Shown here one piece after another: positions 23,201-30,863 of a DNA stretch of 32,000 bases; within the stretch, counting starts at the first letter, position 1; each line of letters begins with the position of its first letter. The stretch covers positions 10,083-42,082 of the forward strand of contig JAFTDT010000051.1 in the NCBI GenBank assembly GCA_017453985.1, read 5' to 3'. A model generated the notes under the pieces. It was not told the origin of the DNA. It made no database searches and saw nothing but the letters and a program-made list of their open reading frames with translations. The stretch comes from Clostridia bacterium (GTDB lineage: Bacteria > Bacillota > Clostridia > Oscillospirales > Butyricicoccaceae). A program made the position numbers and the translations under genes.

Positions 23201-25175
23201 TTGCCTCACCGCCGGCGGCTATGAGGGAGCCGCCGTTTACGGTAAGATTTCTTGCGTAAACGCCGTAGCTGCTCGCGTTTTCCGATTTGCCGCCGCCGGC
23301 GATAAGCGTGCCGCCGTCCATGGTCAATGATTTTACGCTCACGCCGATGCTCCCTATACTGACGCCTTCTCCCGCCGTCACGGTCAGACTGCCTTCGCCG
23401 GTGACGGTGAGGTGATAATCGGGGTAGTAAGTACAGCAGATGCCGTAGCTGTATGAGGATGCCGGAATACCGGTGATGGTGCTGTCTCCCTCCAGCTTCA
23501 GGGTCATGTCCTCACCTATGATGATGCCGGCAGTGTGAGTTCCGGCAGGAGGCCCGGAGATATCCGCCGCCGTGACGTCGGCGTCCGTCAGGGTCAGGGT
23601 CTTGCCGAGCGGGTCGTAGGTGACGCTGCCGCCGTCCTCCAGCACGTCGTCTTTGTTGGCGCCGGTCACCTGCACGCCGCCCACCCAGACGGGATATACC
23701 GGCTCCGTCGCGGTGCTGAGCTTCGCCCGTACATATACGTCCACATCGCTCTTGTAACTGCTATGCCACATCGCAGCGTCCGGAGCCGCGCCGTTGACGG
23801 TTATCGTCGGAAAGCTCTCTGTGTCCCATTCGTACTCACCCGTGTTCTCGATGTTGAAATAGAAATAGTATTCGCCGTCTGCACGCAGCGGCTCGTCGCT
23901 GTTGTGCAGGGGCAGGTAGTTCTCTCCGCGATTTTCCACAAGGGTAGTATAGTCACTGTCTGTATAGACATACCAGCCGCCAGGCGCGCCGGGCGAGCTC
24001 GTGCCCTTGGGCGAGGTGATGCTGCTGCGCAGCAGCTCCGTCGCCTCGCGCCCGGTCATTTCCTCCGTCAGCGTGACAGGCTCGTGCCGGATATCTATCG
24101 CGGCGGAAATGATGTGCTTTGGCAGCACCTTCACGGTCAGCTCGTCGTATTTTGAGGAATCCCGCGCGGAGGTCGCCCGCACGGTGAGAAGCTCCGCCGT
24201 CTCGCCATCGCTGACATTGAGAGATGCCGAAAGAGAGCCGTCGGGGCTGTAGATTTCGGTACTGGCTGAGCTGTTTCCGCTGAGCGTCCAGAGCAAGTCG
24301 TGGACGTCCGTGCCGACGACCTCGGCTGTGAAATAGACGGAGTTGCCCCGGATGACCTCCGTTTTGTCCGCGCTTATCTTCACGCTCTCTATCGTTACAG
24401 GCGCGTCAATAAGAGATACCTCGCACTCGGCATAGTATGCCGTGTTCACGGCGGAGGTCGCCCGTACGGTCAGCGTGGACGCCGTTTCGTCCGCCGCAAC
24501 GGTGAGAGTCCCGTCCGCGCCGATGCGCGTGCCGGCTGCCTCGTTGCCGCTCAGGCTCCACGTCACGGTATCCAGCGTGCCCTGCACCTTGGCGTGCAGC
24601 TGCTTCTCCGTGCCGCGCTGCACCCTGAAGAGGTTCGGCTCGATGGAAATGCCCCACACCGCATCCGCCGTCTCGTCAAAACGCGCGCGCACATAGACGT
24701 CCACATCGCCGTTAGGCTCCTGATTGCGCCACTCCGCAGCGTCCGGAGCCGCGCCGTTGACGGTTATCGTCGGCAGATTTTCCGTGTCCCATTCGCAGTC
24801 ACTCGTGTTCTCGATATTGAACCAGAAATAATATTCTCCGTCTGCGCGCAGCGGCTCGTCGCTGTTGTGCAGGGACAGGTAGCGATCTCCGAGCTTTTCC
24901 ACAAGGGCCGTATAGTCGCCGTCTGCATAGACATACCAGCCGCCAGGCGTGTCGGATAGATTCACACCCTTGGGCGAGGTGATGCTGCCGCGCAGCAGCT
25001 CCGTCGCCTCGCGTCCGGTAAAGCGCGTGGAGACAAAGGCGAGCGCCGCATCATATCCGATGTTGATGGAGGACGCGACCTTCGGCTTCTCTGCAAACGT
25101 CTGCACGGGCAGCAGCCCTGTCAGCATGGCGAGCGCCAGCAGCAGACTCAGCAGCCTCGTCGTTCGATTTTTCAT
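20229..25175 (-). CDS. Giant secreted multi-domain surface protein (signal peptide, duplicated novel module, 2x Big_2-like Ig domains, beta-helix-like Gly-rich repeats, Listeria-Bacteroides (Flg_new)-like repeat, several beta-sandwich-like modules, C-terminal dockerin-like module)
   Basis: 1648 aa. Signal peptide MKNRTTRLLSLLLALAMLTGLLPVQTFA/EK. Ig-like segments at aa ~175-355 (…LHAKVQGTLDTVTWSLSGNEAAGTRIGADGTLTV…; …FTAEVVGTDVHDLLWTLSGNSSAS…). Flg_new-like FYTVTFDGNGHG…DDWYLDAECTELCRFD…DLTLYALW. C-terminal GDVNLDGEMDANDWANVMRWAL … ADIDGKA…DSNDWRTIMYLTL (about 20232-20507). Confidence 0.85.
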   Translation of the reverse strand: MKNRTTRLLSLLLALAMLTGLLPVQTFAEKPKVASSINIGYDAALAFVSTRFTGREATELLRGSITSPKGVNLSDTPGGWYVYADGDYTALVEKLGDRYLSLHNSDEPLRADGEYYFWFNIENTSDCEWDTENLPTITVNGAAPDAAEWRNQEPNGDVDVYVRARFDETADAVWGISIEPNLFRVQRGTEKQLHAKVQGTLDTVTWSLSGNEAAGTRIGADGTLTVAADETASTLTVRATSAVNTAYYAECEVSLIDAPVTIESVKISADKTEVIRGNSVYFTAEVVGTDVHDLLWTLSGNSSASTEIYSPDGSLSASLNVSDGETAELLTVRATSARDSSKYDELTVKVLPKHIISAAIDIRHEPVTLTEEMTGREATELLRSSITSPKGTSSPGAPGGWYVYTDSDYTTLVENRGENYLPLHNSDEPLRADGEYYFYFNIENTGEYEWDTESFPTITVNGAAPDAAMWHSSYKSDVDVYVRAKLSTATEPVYPVWVGGVQVTGANKDDVLEDGGSVTYDPLGKTLTLTDADVTAADISGPPAGTHTAGIIIGEDMTLKLEGDSTITGIPASSYSYGICCTYYPDYHLTVTGEGSLTVTAGEGVSIGSIGVSVKSLTMDGGTLIAGGGKSENASSYGVYARNLTVNGGSLIAAGGEAKSGSYGVGNDQSGEHVYTINGGTVEARGNSAAFGHDPDLSGYAPAPAVRVNTAASSAGATAWDGMAALGGSSSAYKYVKIAPSVFYTVTFDGNGHGEFPPLKVAAGMNLHDAIELGELWDTYFPNELIDGKYMLDDWYLDAECTELCRFDVTVINADLTLYALWNEYTVLHSAEATFRTPRIGDTIDPSAIFTAPGGTDYYARVASIDDAPYGTAVSGVYEDKTYYAVVEFQCKQSDCLFDADTVVNVNGTAVDAPPWLPSGDFYVWYPINPLDPTLPEDAIESAALTVAEPVIGAPIPVRRNAGDFLSVDVGVEDGAGYVVFASAWGVMKDGRMEPAQAGDVFEAGREYELITILMPKDGYFFDDAATATVNGMEPDEVTIVTEIPGIRCLGVRHIFTASEPVEIRELRFTIEEAVTGAVPSTVMQVQTEPAGGLTVDSVAVVWYEGDSHFFSEAVPMTTPTFEYGKHYFIVSPDLSSVIAPGYILPINPYILTNGIIEVYSNLGGYIYYKGPMPPIPITEVALEGGTAPLVGKAPDTTSWTLPADAHYSIVGTPHWYNLTDRHQMAAGEKFEQGKMYQFDAQFKADEGYQFAPREDMTAVFKDIPADLINEIIIRISGDNRSVTLRFDFLPTYSVTISDKHLGTAREGYDPADFSQSIYFVNHSSVPLDPAKIRVYADNEDIIPYFNSGAGMLGINGGFDNAELFRAAPREGLDAGYYETVLTLEYDVDGDGTYEVTLGSCTVSFTVTDDVGLLSEDGEPFTVGKILRSEGMSRTAGGTGEPNTYGYDPDNISMTLRVLGASTPGDALTALNGATFERAVRNAGGSIGFERLTLTESDSSPEDERILSYAKQNGEIVPVMHIRAYDDGGVHIELTSLAPGAVRLTLEGREYLLATPGDVNLDGEMDANDWANVMRWALEAPSSRDTKPSDAGYTVTLNENEDYNLWILMADIDGKAISNSADEAQWRDIVDSNDWRTIMYLTLEAWKK
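23721..24056 (-). repeat. Intragenic repeat copy 2 (aa 374-485 of the surface protein)
   Basis: TGREATELLRSSITSPKG…GGWYVYTDSDYTTLVE…LHNSDEPLRADGEYYFYFNIENT…EWDTESFPTITVNGAAPDAAMW…DVDVYVRAK. The offset from copy 1 is exactly 321 aa (963 bp). Confidence 0.9.
24681..25019 (-). repeat. Intragenic repeat copy 1 (aa 53-165 of the surface protein)
   Basis: TGREATELLRGSITSPKG…GGWYVYADGDYTALVE…LHNSDEPLRADGEYYFWFNIENT…EWDTENLPTITVNGAAPDAAEW…DVDVYVRAR. Long identical DNA runs are shared with copy 2 (e.g. cccttgggcgaggtgatgctgc, gcgcagcagctccgtcgcctcgcg). Confidence 0.9.
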
Positions 25176-25305
25176 GCGTGATGACCCCTTTCCTTCTATG
25201 CCGATATTGTTGACCGTGCTTGCTCTCTGGAGCTTATTTATGTTATTTTACCAGATATTTTCCGTCTCCGCCACCCCCATTTGGCGGGAAAAAGGAGAAA
25301 TATTT

Positions 25306-25339
25306 GAAAAAAATCGGAGCCTTTCACCGAGGCTCCGAT
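25306..25339 (-). terminator. Rho-independent terminator (minus strand) after the small membrane protein gene
   Basis: On the minus strand: atcggagcct-cggtgaa-aggctccgat followed by ttttttt. Confidence 0.8.
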
Positions 25340-25367
25340 GCAGAATAATTCAAAAAGCGCGGCCGTC

Positions 25368-25856
25368 CTATCTGCGGCTGCTGCCGCTCGCCTTGTGCGC
25401 GTCAAAGCTCATGATATGGAACTTCTCCAGATATGCCATCACCAGCTCCTTTTTCTCGTCGGGGTATTGCAGAACGATGTCGCGGCGGCGGGTGTGCAGC
25501 CGCAGGATAAAGCTGCCGCCCTCCTCGCGCTCGACGTGATAATACTCTATCTGGTCATAGCCATAGCGTTTGCCGCGGTAGTATACAAAGCTGTCGCCCA
25601 GCCCGTTCTTCATCAGCGCGAAGATGACGAGCACCAGCGGCATGGCGCCGAAGGCTATCCACAGCGTGGTATTCATCCGGCTCCGGTTGCGGTATATCGC
25701 CACCGCGACGAGCGCGGCAAAGAGAATGAACGAGGCGAGCTGACCGGGCATTTTGCCGGCGACGCGCACATTCCTGCCGGTGGCGATGAGTCCGGCAAGC
25801 TGCCAGACCAGCAGCAGCCCCACGACGGCGAGCAGTAAGTAATCATAATGTTCCAT
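25368..25856 (-). CDS. Hypothetical membrane protein (3 N-terminal TM helices plus a small cytoplasmic beta-rich domain)
   Basis: 162 aa. AGGAGG RBS upstream of ATG 25856. TM segments LLLAVVGLLLVWQLAGLI, LASFILFAALVAVAIY and LWIAFGAMPLVLVIFAL. Confidence 0.6.
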   Translation of the reverse strand: MEHYDYLLLAVVGLLLVWQLAGLIATGRNVRVAGKMPGQLASFILFAALVAVAIYRNRSRMNTTLWIAFGAMPLVLVIFALMKNGLGDSFVYYRGKRYGYDQIEYYHVEREEGGSFILRLHTRRRDIVLQYPDEKKELVMAYLEKFHIMSFDAHKASGSSRR

Positions 25857-25860
25857 ATCA

Positions 25861-26451
25861 TCAATCCTCCTGTAATTCGTCGAGAGTACATTCGTAGGCG
25901 GAGGAAAACTCCTCCATAAAATAGTCCGCCTCCGGCAGCTTCAGCCCGCGTATCGCTTCCCTGAGCTGCTGCGCGGCGCGGCGGAACTCCTCGTTGCCCA
26001 GCTTCAGCTCCTCCACGCACTTGATATAGGCGCTTATCTTGTCCGCCGCCTTGACGTAGGCGTACAGCTCCGGCTGCTCGGCGTCAAAGGCGAAAAGCAC
26101 CCGATACTTGGGGCGCAGCGCGTCAGGCAGCATGGACAGCAGACTGTCCGCCGCCGCCTGCTCCACGGACTTGTAAGCGTTGCGTATCTCGGGGTTGTTG
26201 TACTTGACCGGCGTGGGCAGGTCGCCCGTCAGTATCTCCGGTGCGTCGTGGAACAGCGCCGCCGCCGCCACCTGTCCGGGGTCGATGCTTTTGCCGAAGT
26301 ACGTCTGACCGATGAGCGCAAGCGAATGCGCTATCACCGCGGTGTCAAAGCTGTGCTCGGAGAGGTTTTCGCGCAGTCCGTTTCGCATCAGCCCCCAGCG
26401 CGTGATGTTCTTCATGCGCGAGAGCATGGCGTAAAAGCCGTTTTTCTTCAT
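25861..26451 (-). CDS. HD-domain 5'-deoxynucleotidase (YfbR-like)
   Basis: RWGLMRNGLRENLSEHSFDTAVIAHSLA … ALFHDAPEILTGDLPTPVK gives the H…HD…D metal motif of YfbR-type HD phosphohydrolases. Start set at ATG 26451 (MKKNGFYAML). Confidence 0.75.
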   Translation of the reverse strand: MKKNGFYAMLSRMKNITRWGLMRNGLRENLSEHSFDTAVIAHSLALIGQTYFGKSIDPGQVAAAALFHDAPEILTGDLPTPVKYNNPEIRNAYKSVEQAAADSLLSMLPDALRPKYRVLFAFDAEQPELYAYVKAADKISAYIKCVEELKLGNEEFRRAAQQLREAIRGLKLPEADYFMEEFSSAYECTLDELQED

Positions 26452-26513
26452 TTGAATATCAACTCCGTCTCCTATTGTATCAAATAAAGACGGCGAGCAC
26501 AACTTAAAAATCA

Positions 26514-26546
26514 CAAAAAAATCTCCGGGGGGACGCCTCCCGGAGA
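26514..26546 (-). terminator. Rho-independent terminator (minus strand) after spoIIE
   Basis: On the minus strand: tctccggg-aggcgtccc-cccggaga followed by tttttttg. Confidence 0.8.
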
Positions 26547-26556
26547 AATCGGCTGT

Positions 26557-28857
26557 TTACGGCCGTCTGCCGACGCGGACGATCATCACCGTCATATCGT
26601 CCGTGCTGCCGCCCGCTGCGGCGGCGTTTATCAGCTCGGCGGCAAGCTGCGGCGGTTCGAGCGCCGCTCCCGTGCGCAGCACAGCTTCGATGCCCTCGCT
26701 GTCCCAGACGCCGTCGCTGAGCATCACCAGTCGGTCGCCGTCCGAGAATTTTATCACGGCGGGCGAGCTGTCCTGCGGCAGTACATTTTCGATCCCGGCG
26801 GGCATCGCCTCGCCGCAGATGCGCCGCATGCTCCCGCCGCGCAGCAAAAAGCTGGGCGAGGCGCCGTATTTCAGCAGCTTGCCGCCGCCGCTGAAAAGGT
26901 CGATCTCCAAAAGATCCAGCGTGACAAAGCCGCTCTGCTCAAAGCCGGCGTTCAGCACGGGCAGCACCGCGCCGCAGCTTTCCTCCAGACTGCAGCCGGA
27001 GCTGACAAAGGATGCGATCAGCTCCAGCGCGCGCCGTGACACGTTCTGCGCCGCCTCGCCGGTGCCCATGCCGTCGGAGAGCATGACTACGGCTCTGCCG
27101 TCCTCGGTGTGCAGATGCATGCTGCTGTCGCCGCACACGCTTTCGCCGTGTTTTTTGCGCACGGCGCAGCTTACGGAGGCGGCAAAGCGTTCGCACTCGC
27201 TGATGCGTATGACTGCGCCGCTGCGGTCGGGGATCTCGGACGGGGGGAGAAAGCTCTTGCCCAGCGCGCGGGAGACCGTGCCGAGAAAGGCGCGGCTGTC
27301 AAAGCTCTCTGCCGGCTCGCGCGGGAGATGCACCTCGATATGCATGCGCCCGTTGTCGGAATAGACAAAGGCGCGCGCGCCGCGGCAGTAAGCCGAGGCG
27401 ATGTCCTGCACCTTGCGGCACAGCTCGGGGTAATATTCCGGGTAAGGCGTCACGCTGCCCGCCATATCCCGCAGCACGCTCCGCAGGCTTTCATACTGCC
27501 CGCTTATCAGCTCCATCGCCCGGTTTTCCCGCGCCTGTCCGGCGCTGCGCAAAAGCGAGCTGCGATAGCGGTGGTTGATCTCGCCGCACAGCTCCGTCAG
27601 CCGCATGCAGCGCGAGGCAAAGGGTGCGGGAAAGTCGCTCAGTTTAAGAAAGTTTCGGCGGCGCAGCGCGGCGGAAACGTCGTTTAGCGCGCCCTTGGTG
27701 TCGATATAGCCGTCCTGCCAGCAGGCGGAGACTCGCGGGCATTTGCGGCAGACCGCGCCCGCCGCGCCGGAAAAGACGGAGGACAGCTCCGGCTTGCTCC
27801 GCTGTGTCTCCTGCGCGTGTGCGGGCGCGGCGACGGCGGCGCCGAGCCTGCCGATGGCGTCAGAGATGCTGCGCAGCTTGCCGGCGGTGCGCAGGCGCTG
27901 TCCCTCGCCGCCGGCGGGGACGGGCTGCGCCAGCCCCGTTTCGAGCGGAGCGGAGAGCCGCAGCGGCAGCGCGATGAAGCTTACAGAGGCGATGAAGCAT
28001 TCGTACAGTCCGGGCACGGAGCAGGGATTGCCGCGCCCCCAGAGCGTCGCGGCGGCGTTGGCGGCGACAAAGCACATGGTCTGCCGCAGGCGGCTGCTCC
28101 CGCGGCAAAAGCCGCTCATCAGTCCGGCAAAGCCCCAGATGCAGGCGAAAAACGGTCCCGAGGAATAGGCTATGTCCATCACCGCACCGAAGGCGACGCC
28201 CGCCAGTGCGCCCATGTCCGCACCGCCCACGGACATGCATATCACGGCGAGACAGGCGGCGGCGCGCGAGAGGGAGATAGCGCCGAACACCATCACCGAT
28301 CTTGCCGCCAGCAGCACGGAGGCAAGCGCGGCGGCGCGCCCCCAGACGACGAGCAGGCGGCTGCGGCGGTCGATCCGCTGGCGCGCGCTGCTGTAAAAAA
28401 CGCAGAAGCCCGCGCACAGCGCGCATTCGCACAGCAGCAGCACCGGCGCAGAGCCGCCGTCATGCAGCACGACGGCGCTGCGGGTAAAGAGCAGCGCCAC
28501 GGAGGACTACAGAGCGGTGAAATACACGCTGCGGCTCAGGCGCGTGCCGCGGAACAGCGTGCGGCAGGTGAGGACGACCAGCACGGCGGCGCAGTACGCC
28601 AGCCCCTGCGTGCCCTGCGCCAGCATATAGCCGAAAAATGCGCCTGCCGCCGCGCCGAGCGCGCTGTGCGGCGCGGTGGCGGCATACGCCAGCCCAAAGG
28701 GGGAAACGCCGCTTGCCAGCGAGGCGGTCGCCATCAGCAGCCCCACGGCGGCGCTCGCCGATTTTTGCAGCCAGACGGAGCCAAGCGCCTTTTGCAGCGC
28801 CTCCGCGGCACGGTTGCGGAGCGCCGCCAGCTTTCCGATAGTTTTTTCCCTGTCCAT
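26557..28857 (-). pseudogene. spoIIE: Stage II sporulation protein E (PP2C phosphatase with polytopic N-terminus), interrupted by one in-frame TAG at 28507-28509
   Basis: ORFs 28507-28857 (116 aa, TM-rich SpoIIE-like N-terminus …GVSPFGLAYAAT…) and 26557-28500 (647 aa: TM region, regulatory region, PP2C domain …VCGDSS…MLSDGMGTG…SDGVWD…DDMTVMIV) are in the same frame. My translation of the junction reads SVYFTAL*SSVALLFTR. Confidence 0.75.
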
Positions 28858-29069
28858 GATGAGTCCTCCCGAAAAAGGGTCTTTTTGAATATTTTAGGAC
28901 AAGCTCAGGGAGAAAAACGACGGGAAATGTAGAAGAAAAAGAAAAAAACCGCCGCGCAGAGCGCGGGCTCATGCACGGCGAAGGGGCGCCAATATCCGCC
29001 GTATATGCCGCCTCCAAACGCCGGAAACCGGAATAAAGCGAAAATTCCCGCAAATTTCCTAAATTTTAA

Positions 29070-29099
29070 TTGACAGAAGCACGGGGGGTAATGTATAAT
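29070..29099 (+). promoter_or_regulatory. Sigma-A promoter (extended -10) for rpmH
   Basis: TTGACA (29070-29075), an 18-nt spacer ending in TG, then TATAAT (29094-29099). Confidence 0.7.
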
Positions 29100-29182
29100 A
29101 TAAGTCGCGCTATTGGCAGCGGCAAGCGCCTCAGGCGGCTCTTGCCGGTGTCAATAACAGCAGACGTAGGAGGTGTAAGACC

Positions 29183-29317
29183 ATGGTAAGGACATATCAG
29201 CCCAAGAAGCGTCAGCGTCAGAAGGAGCACGGCTTCATGAAGAGGATGAGAACGCGCAACGGACGCAAGGTTCTCGCCCGCCGCCGCGCAAAGGGCAGGG
29301 TTCGTTTGTCTCACTAA
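29183..29317 (+). CDS. rpmH: 50S ribosomal protein L34
   Basis: This gene is not in the ORF track because it is under 60 aa. My translation gives [44 protein letters not shown] (44 aa). AGGAGGTG RBS lies 8 nt upstream. Confidence 0.95.
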   Translation: MVRTYQPKKRQRQKEHGFMKRMRTRNGRKVLARRRAKGRVRLSH

Positions 29318-29331
29318 GGGGTGCCCCTTTC

Positions 29332-29358
29332 AAAGACCGCTCCGGCGGTCTTTATTTT
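29332..29358 (+). terminator. Hairpin plus U-tract between rpmH and rnpA (terminator/attenuator)
   Basis: aaagaccgc-tccg-gcggtcttt followed by atttt. Confidence 0.65.
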
Positions 29359-29399
29359 GAAAGGCAGGGCGTCCGACTCCCCTTGGGGGTGGAGCATTT

Positions 29400-29753
29400 A
29401 TGGAAAAAACGGTATCCATAACGGAAAATCGCACTTTTCGCGCGCTGTACCGGCGGGGCAAGACCGCGGCGCGCAGAACGATGGCGGTATATGTCTGCAA
29501 AAACCGTCTGAAAGCGGTGAACCGGCTGGGTCTCACCGTGTCGGTAAAGCTCGGCGGAGCGGTCAGACGCAACAGGATCCGCCGCCGCATCAAGGAGGCG
29601 TACCGTCTCAGTGAGGGACGGCTGAAAAGCGGATACGACGTTGTCATCGTGGCGCGCAGCGCCGCGCATTCGGCAGAGTTTTCGCGCCTCACGGACGATC
29701 TTCTGAGCATAGCGGCGGAGCTTTCGCTGCTGGAGGAGCGCCATGATGACTAA
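29400..29753 (+). CDS. rnpA: Ribonuclease P protein component
   Basis: 117 aa, basic. RNR-type motif [15 protein letters not shown]. Located downstream of rpmH. Confidence 0.92.
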   Translation: MEKTVSITENRTFRALYRRGKTAARRTMAVYVCKNRLKAVNRLGLTVSVKLGGAVRRNRIRRRIKEAYRLSEGRLKSGYDVVIVARSAAHSAEFSRLTDDLLSIAAELSLLEERHDD

Positions 29754-29991
29754 GCTGCTGCTTGCCCTCATCGGGTTTTACCGCAAATATCTCTCTCGGC
29801 TCAAGCGTGCGCCGAGCTGCAGATTTACGCCGACCTGCTCGCAATATGCGCTGGAGGCGGTAGAGCGCTATGGCGCCCTTCGCGGCGGAGCGCTGGCATT
29901 GCGCAGATTTCTGCGCTGCAATCCCTTCTTCAAGGGAGGGTACGATCCCGTGCCGGATCTTCCGGCGCGCTCTGATAAGGAGAAAAAATAA
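29743..29991 (+). CDS. yidD: Membrane protein insertion efficiency factor YidD
   Basis: 82 aa. Conserved [19 protein letters not shown] and CNPF..GGYDPVP motifs. Confidence 0.92.
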   Translation: MMTKLLLALIGFYRKYLSRLKRAPSCRFTPTCSQYALEAVERYGALRGGALALRRFLRCNPFFKGGYDPVPDLPARSDKEKK

Positions 29992-30842
29992 TGTTTCAAA
30001 CCATATTCAGTATAATATCCGTTCCGTTCGGATACATCATGCGCTTTATCTATGAGTTTGTCGGCAGCTACGGTCTGGCGATAATCATATTCTCATTTCT
30101 GGCAAAGCTGGTCACGCTGCCCATCACGCTCAAGCAGAAGCGCAGCATGATACAGACGCAGCGCATACAGCCGAAGATACAGGAGCTGCAGCGCAAATAC
30201 GGCAAGGACAGGCAAAAGCTTAACGAGGAAATGCAGAAGCTGTACGACAACGAGGGCGTGTCGCCCATGGCAGGATGCGGCACCATGCTGCTGTCCTTCC
30301 CGATCATGATAGGGCTTTATTACGTCATTTCGCAGCCGCTGACATACTTCATGCAGCTTTCGCAGGCGCAGATAACCGAGATCGCGGATAAGCTGGGGCA
30401 TACCATGGGCAGCGGCTACACCGCGCAGATACAGCTTGCCGGACTGATGTATGACAAGTTTGACCTGATCCGCGACGTGTCGGACAGGATACTCAGGGTG
30501 GATTTCAATTTCGGACCGATCAATTTGGCGGCTACGCCGAGCTTCGGCAATTTCAACATCATGTGGATCGTGCCGATCCTCTCGGCGCTGACCGCGCTGG
30601 CGTCCGCCGTGCTCATGCAGCGCATCAACAAAAAGAACGGACTGACGCCCGAGGGACAGACGCAGGGCAATGTAATGCTGACTCTGCTGACGCCGGCGAT
30701 GTCGCTGTATTTCGGATTTATACTTCCGGCGGGCTTGGGACTGTACTGGATAACCAACAATATCCTGACGGTCGTGCAGGATCTGGCGCTGCAGGGCTAT
30801 ATCAAAAAGAGCATCGAGAGCTCGCAGCCGCAGAAAAAATAA
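29991..30842 (+). CDS. yidC: Membrane protein insertase YidC/SpoIIIJ (Oxa1 family)
   Basis: 283 aa. Short Gram-positive-type YidC with motifs FLAKLVTLPITLKQKRSM and MAGCGTMLLSFPIMIGLYY. TAATG overlap with yidD. Confidence 0.9.
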   Translation: MFQTIFSIISVPFGYIMRFIYEFVGSYGLAIIIFSFLAKLVTLPITLKQKRSMIQTQRIQPKIQELQRKYGKDRQKLNEEMQKLYDNEGVSPMAGCGTMLLSFPIMIGLYYVISQPLTYFMQLSQAQITEIADKLGHTMGSGYTAQIQLAGLMYDKFDLIRDVSDRILRVDFNFGPINLAATPSFGNFNIMWIVPILSALTALASAVLMQRINKKNGLTPEGQTQGNVMLTLLTPAMSLYFGFILPAGLGLYWITNNILTVVQDLALQGYIKKSIESSQPQKK

Positions 30843-30863
30843 CGCTGAAAAGGAGGCGGGAAA

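Noticed and set aside
23700-25050. Repeated DNA that might suggest a CRISPR array or tandem satellite
   Set aside because: There are only two copies, about 340 bp each and 963 bp apart. Both are in frame inside a long CDS and encode a duplicated protein module. There is no short repeat/spacer periodicity anywhere in the window.
28507-28509. TAG in spoIIE as a recoded sense codon (e.g. pyrrolysine or an alternative genetic code)
   Set aside because: TAG terminates at least two other well-defined genes in this window (clpC-like at 7390-7392 and cysE at 13562-13564). No pyl genes or PYLIS-like context are visible. A nonsense mutation or sequencing error is the more economical explanation.
28858-29182. 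Replication origin (oriC) upstream of rpmH
   Set aside because: There is no dnaA gene adjacent. I found no TTATCCACA/TGTGGATAA-like boxes or AT-rich unwinding element by eye. The spacer is adequately explained by the divergent spoIIE and rpmH promoters.
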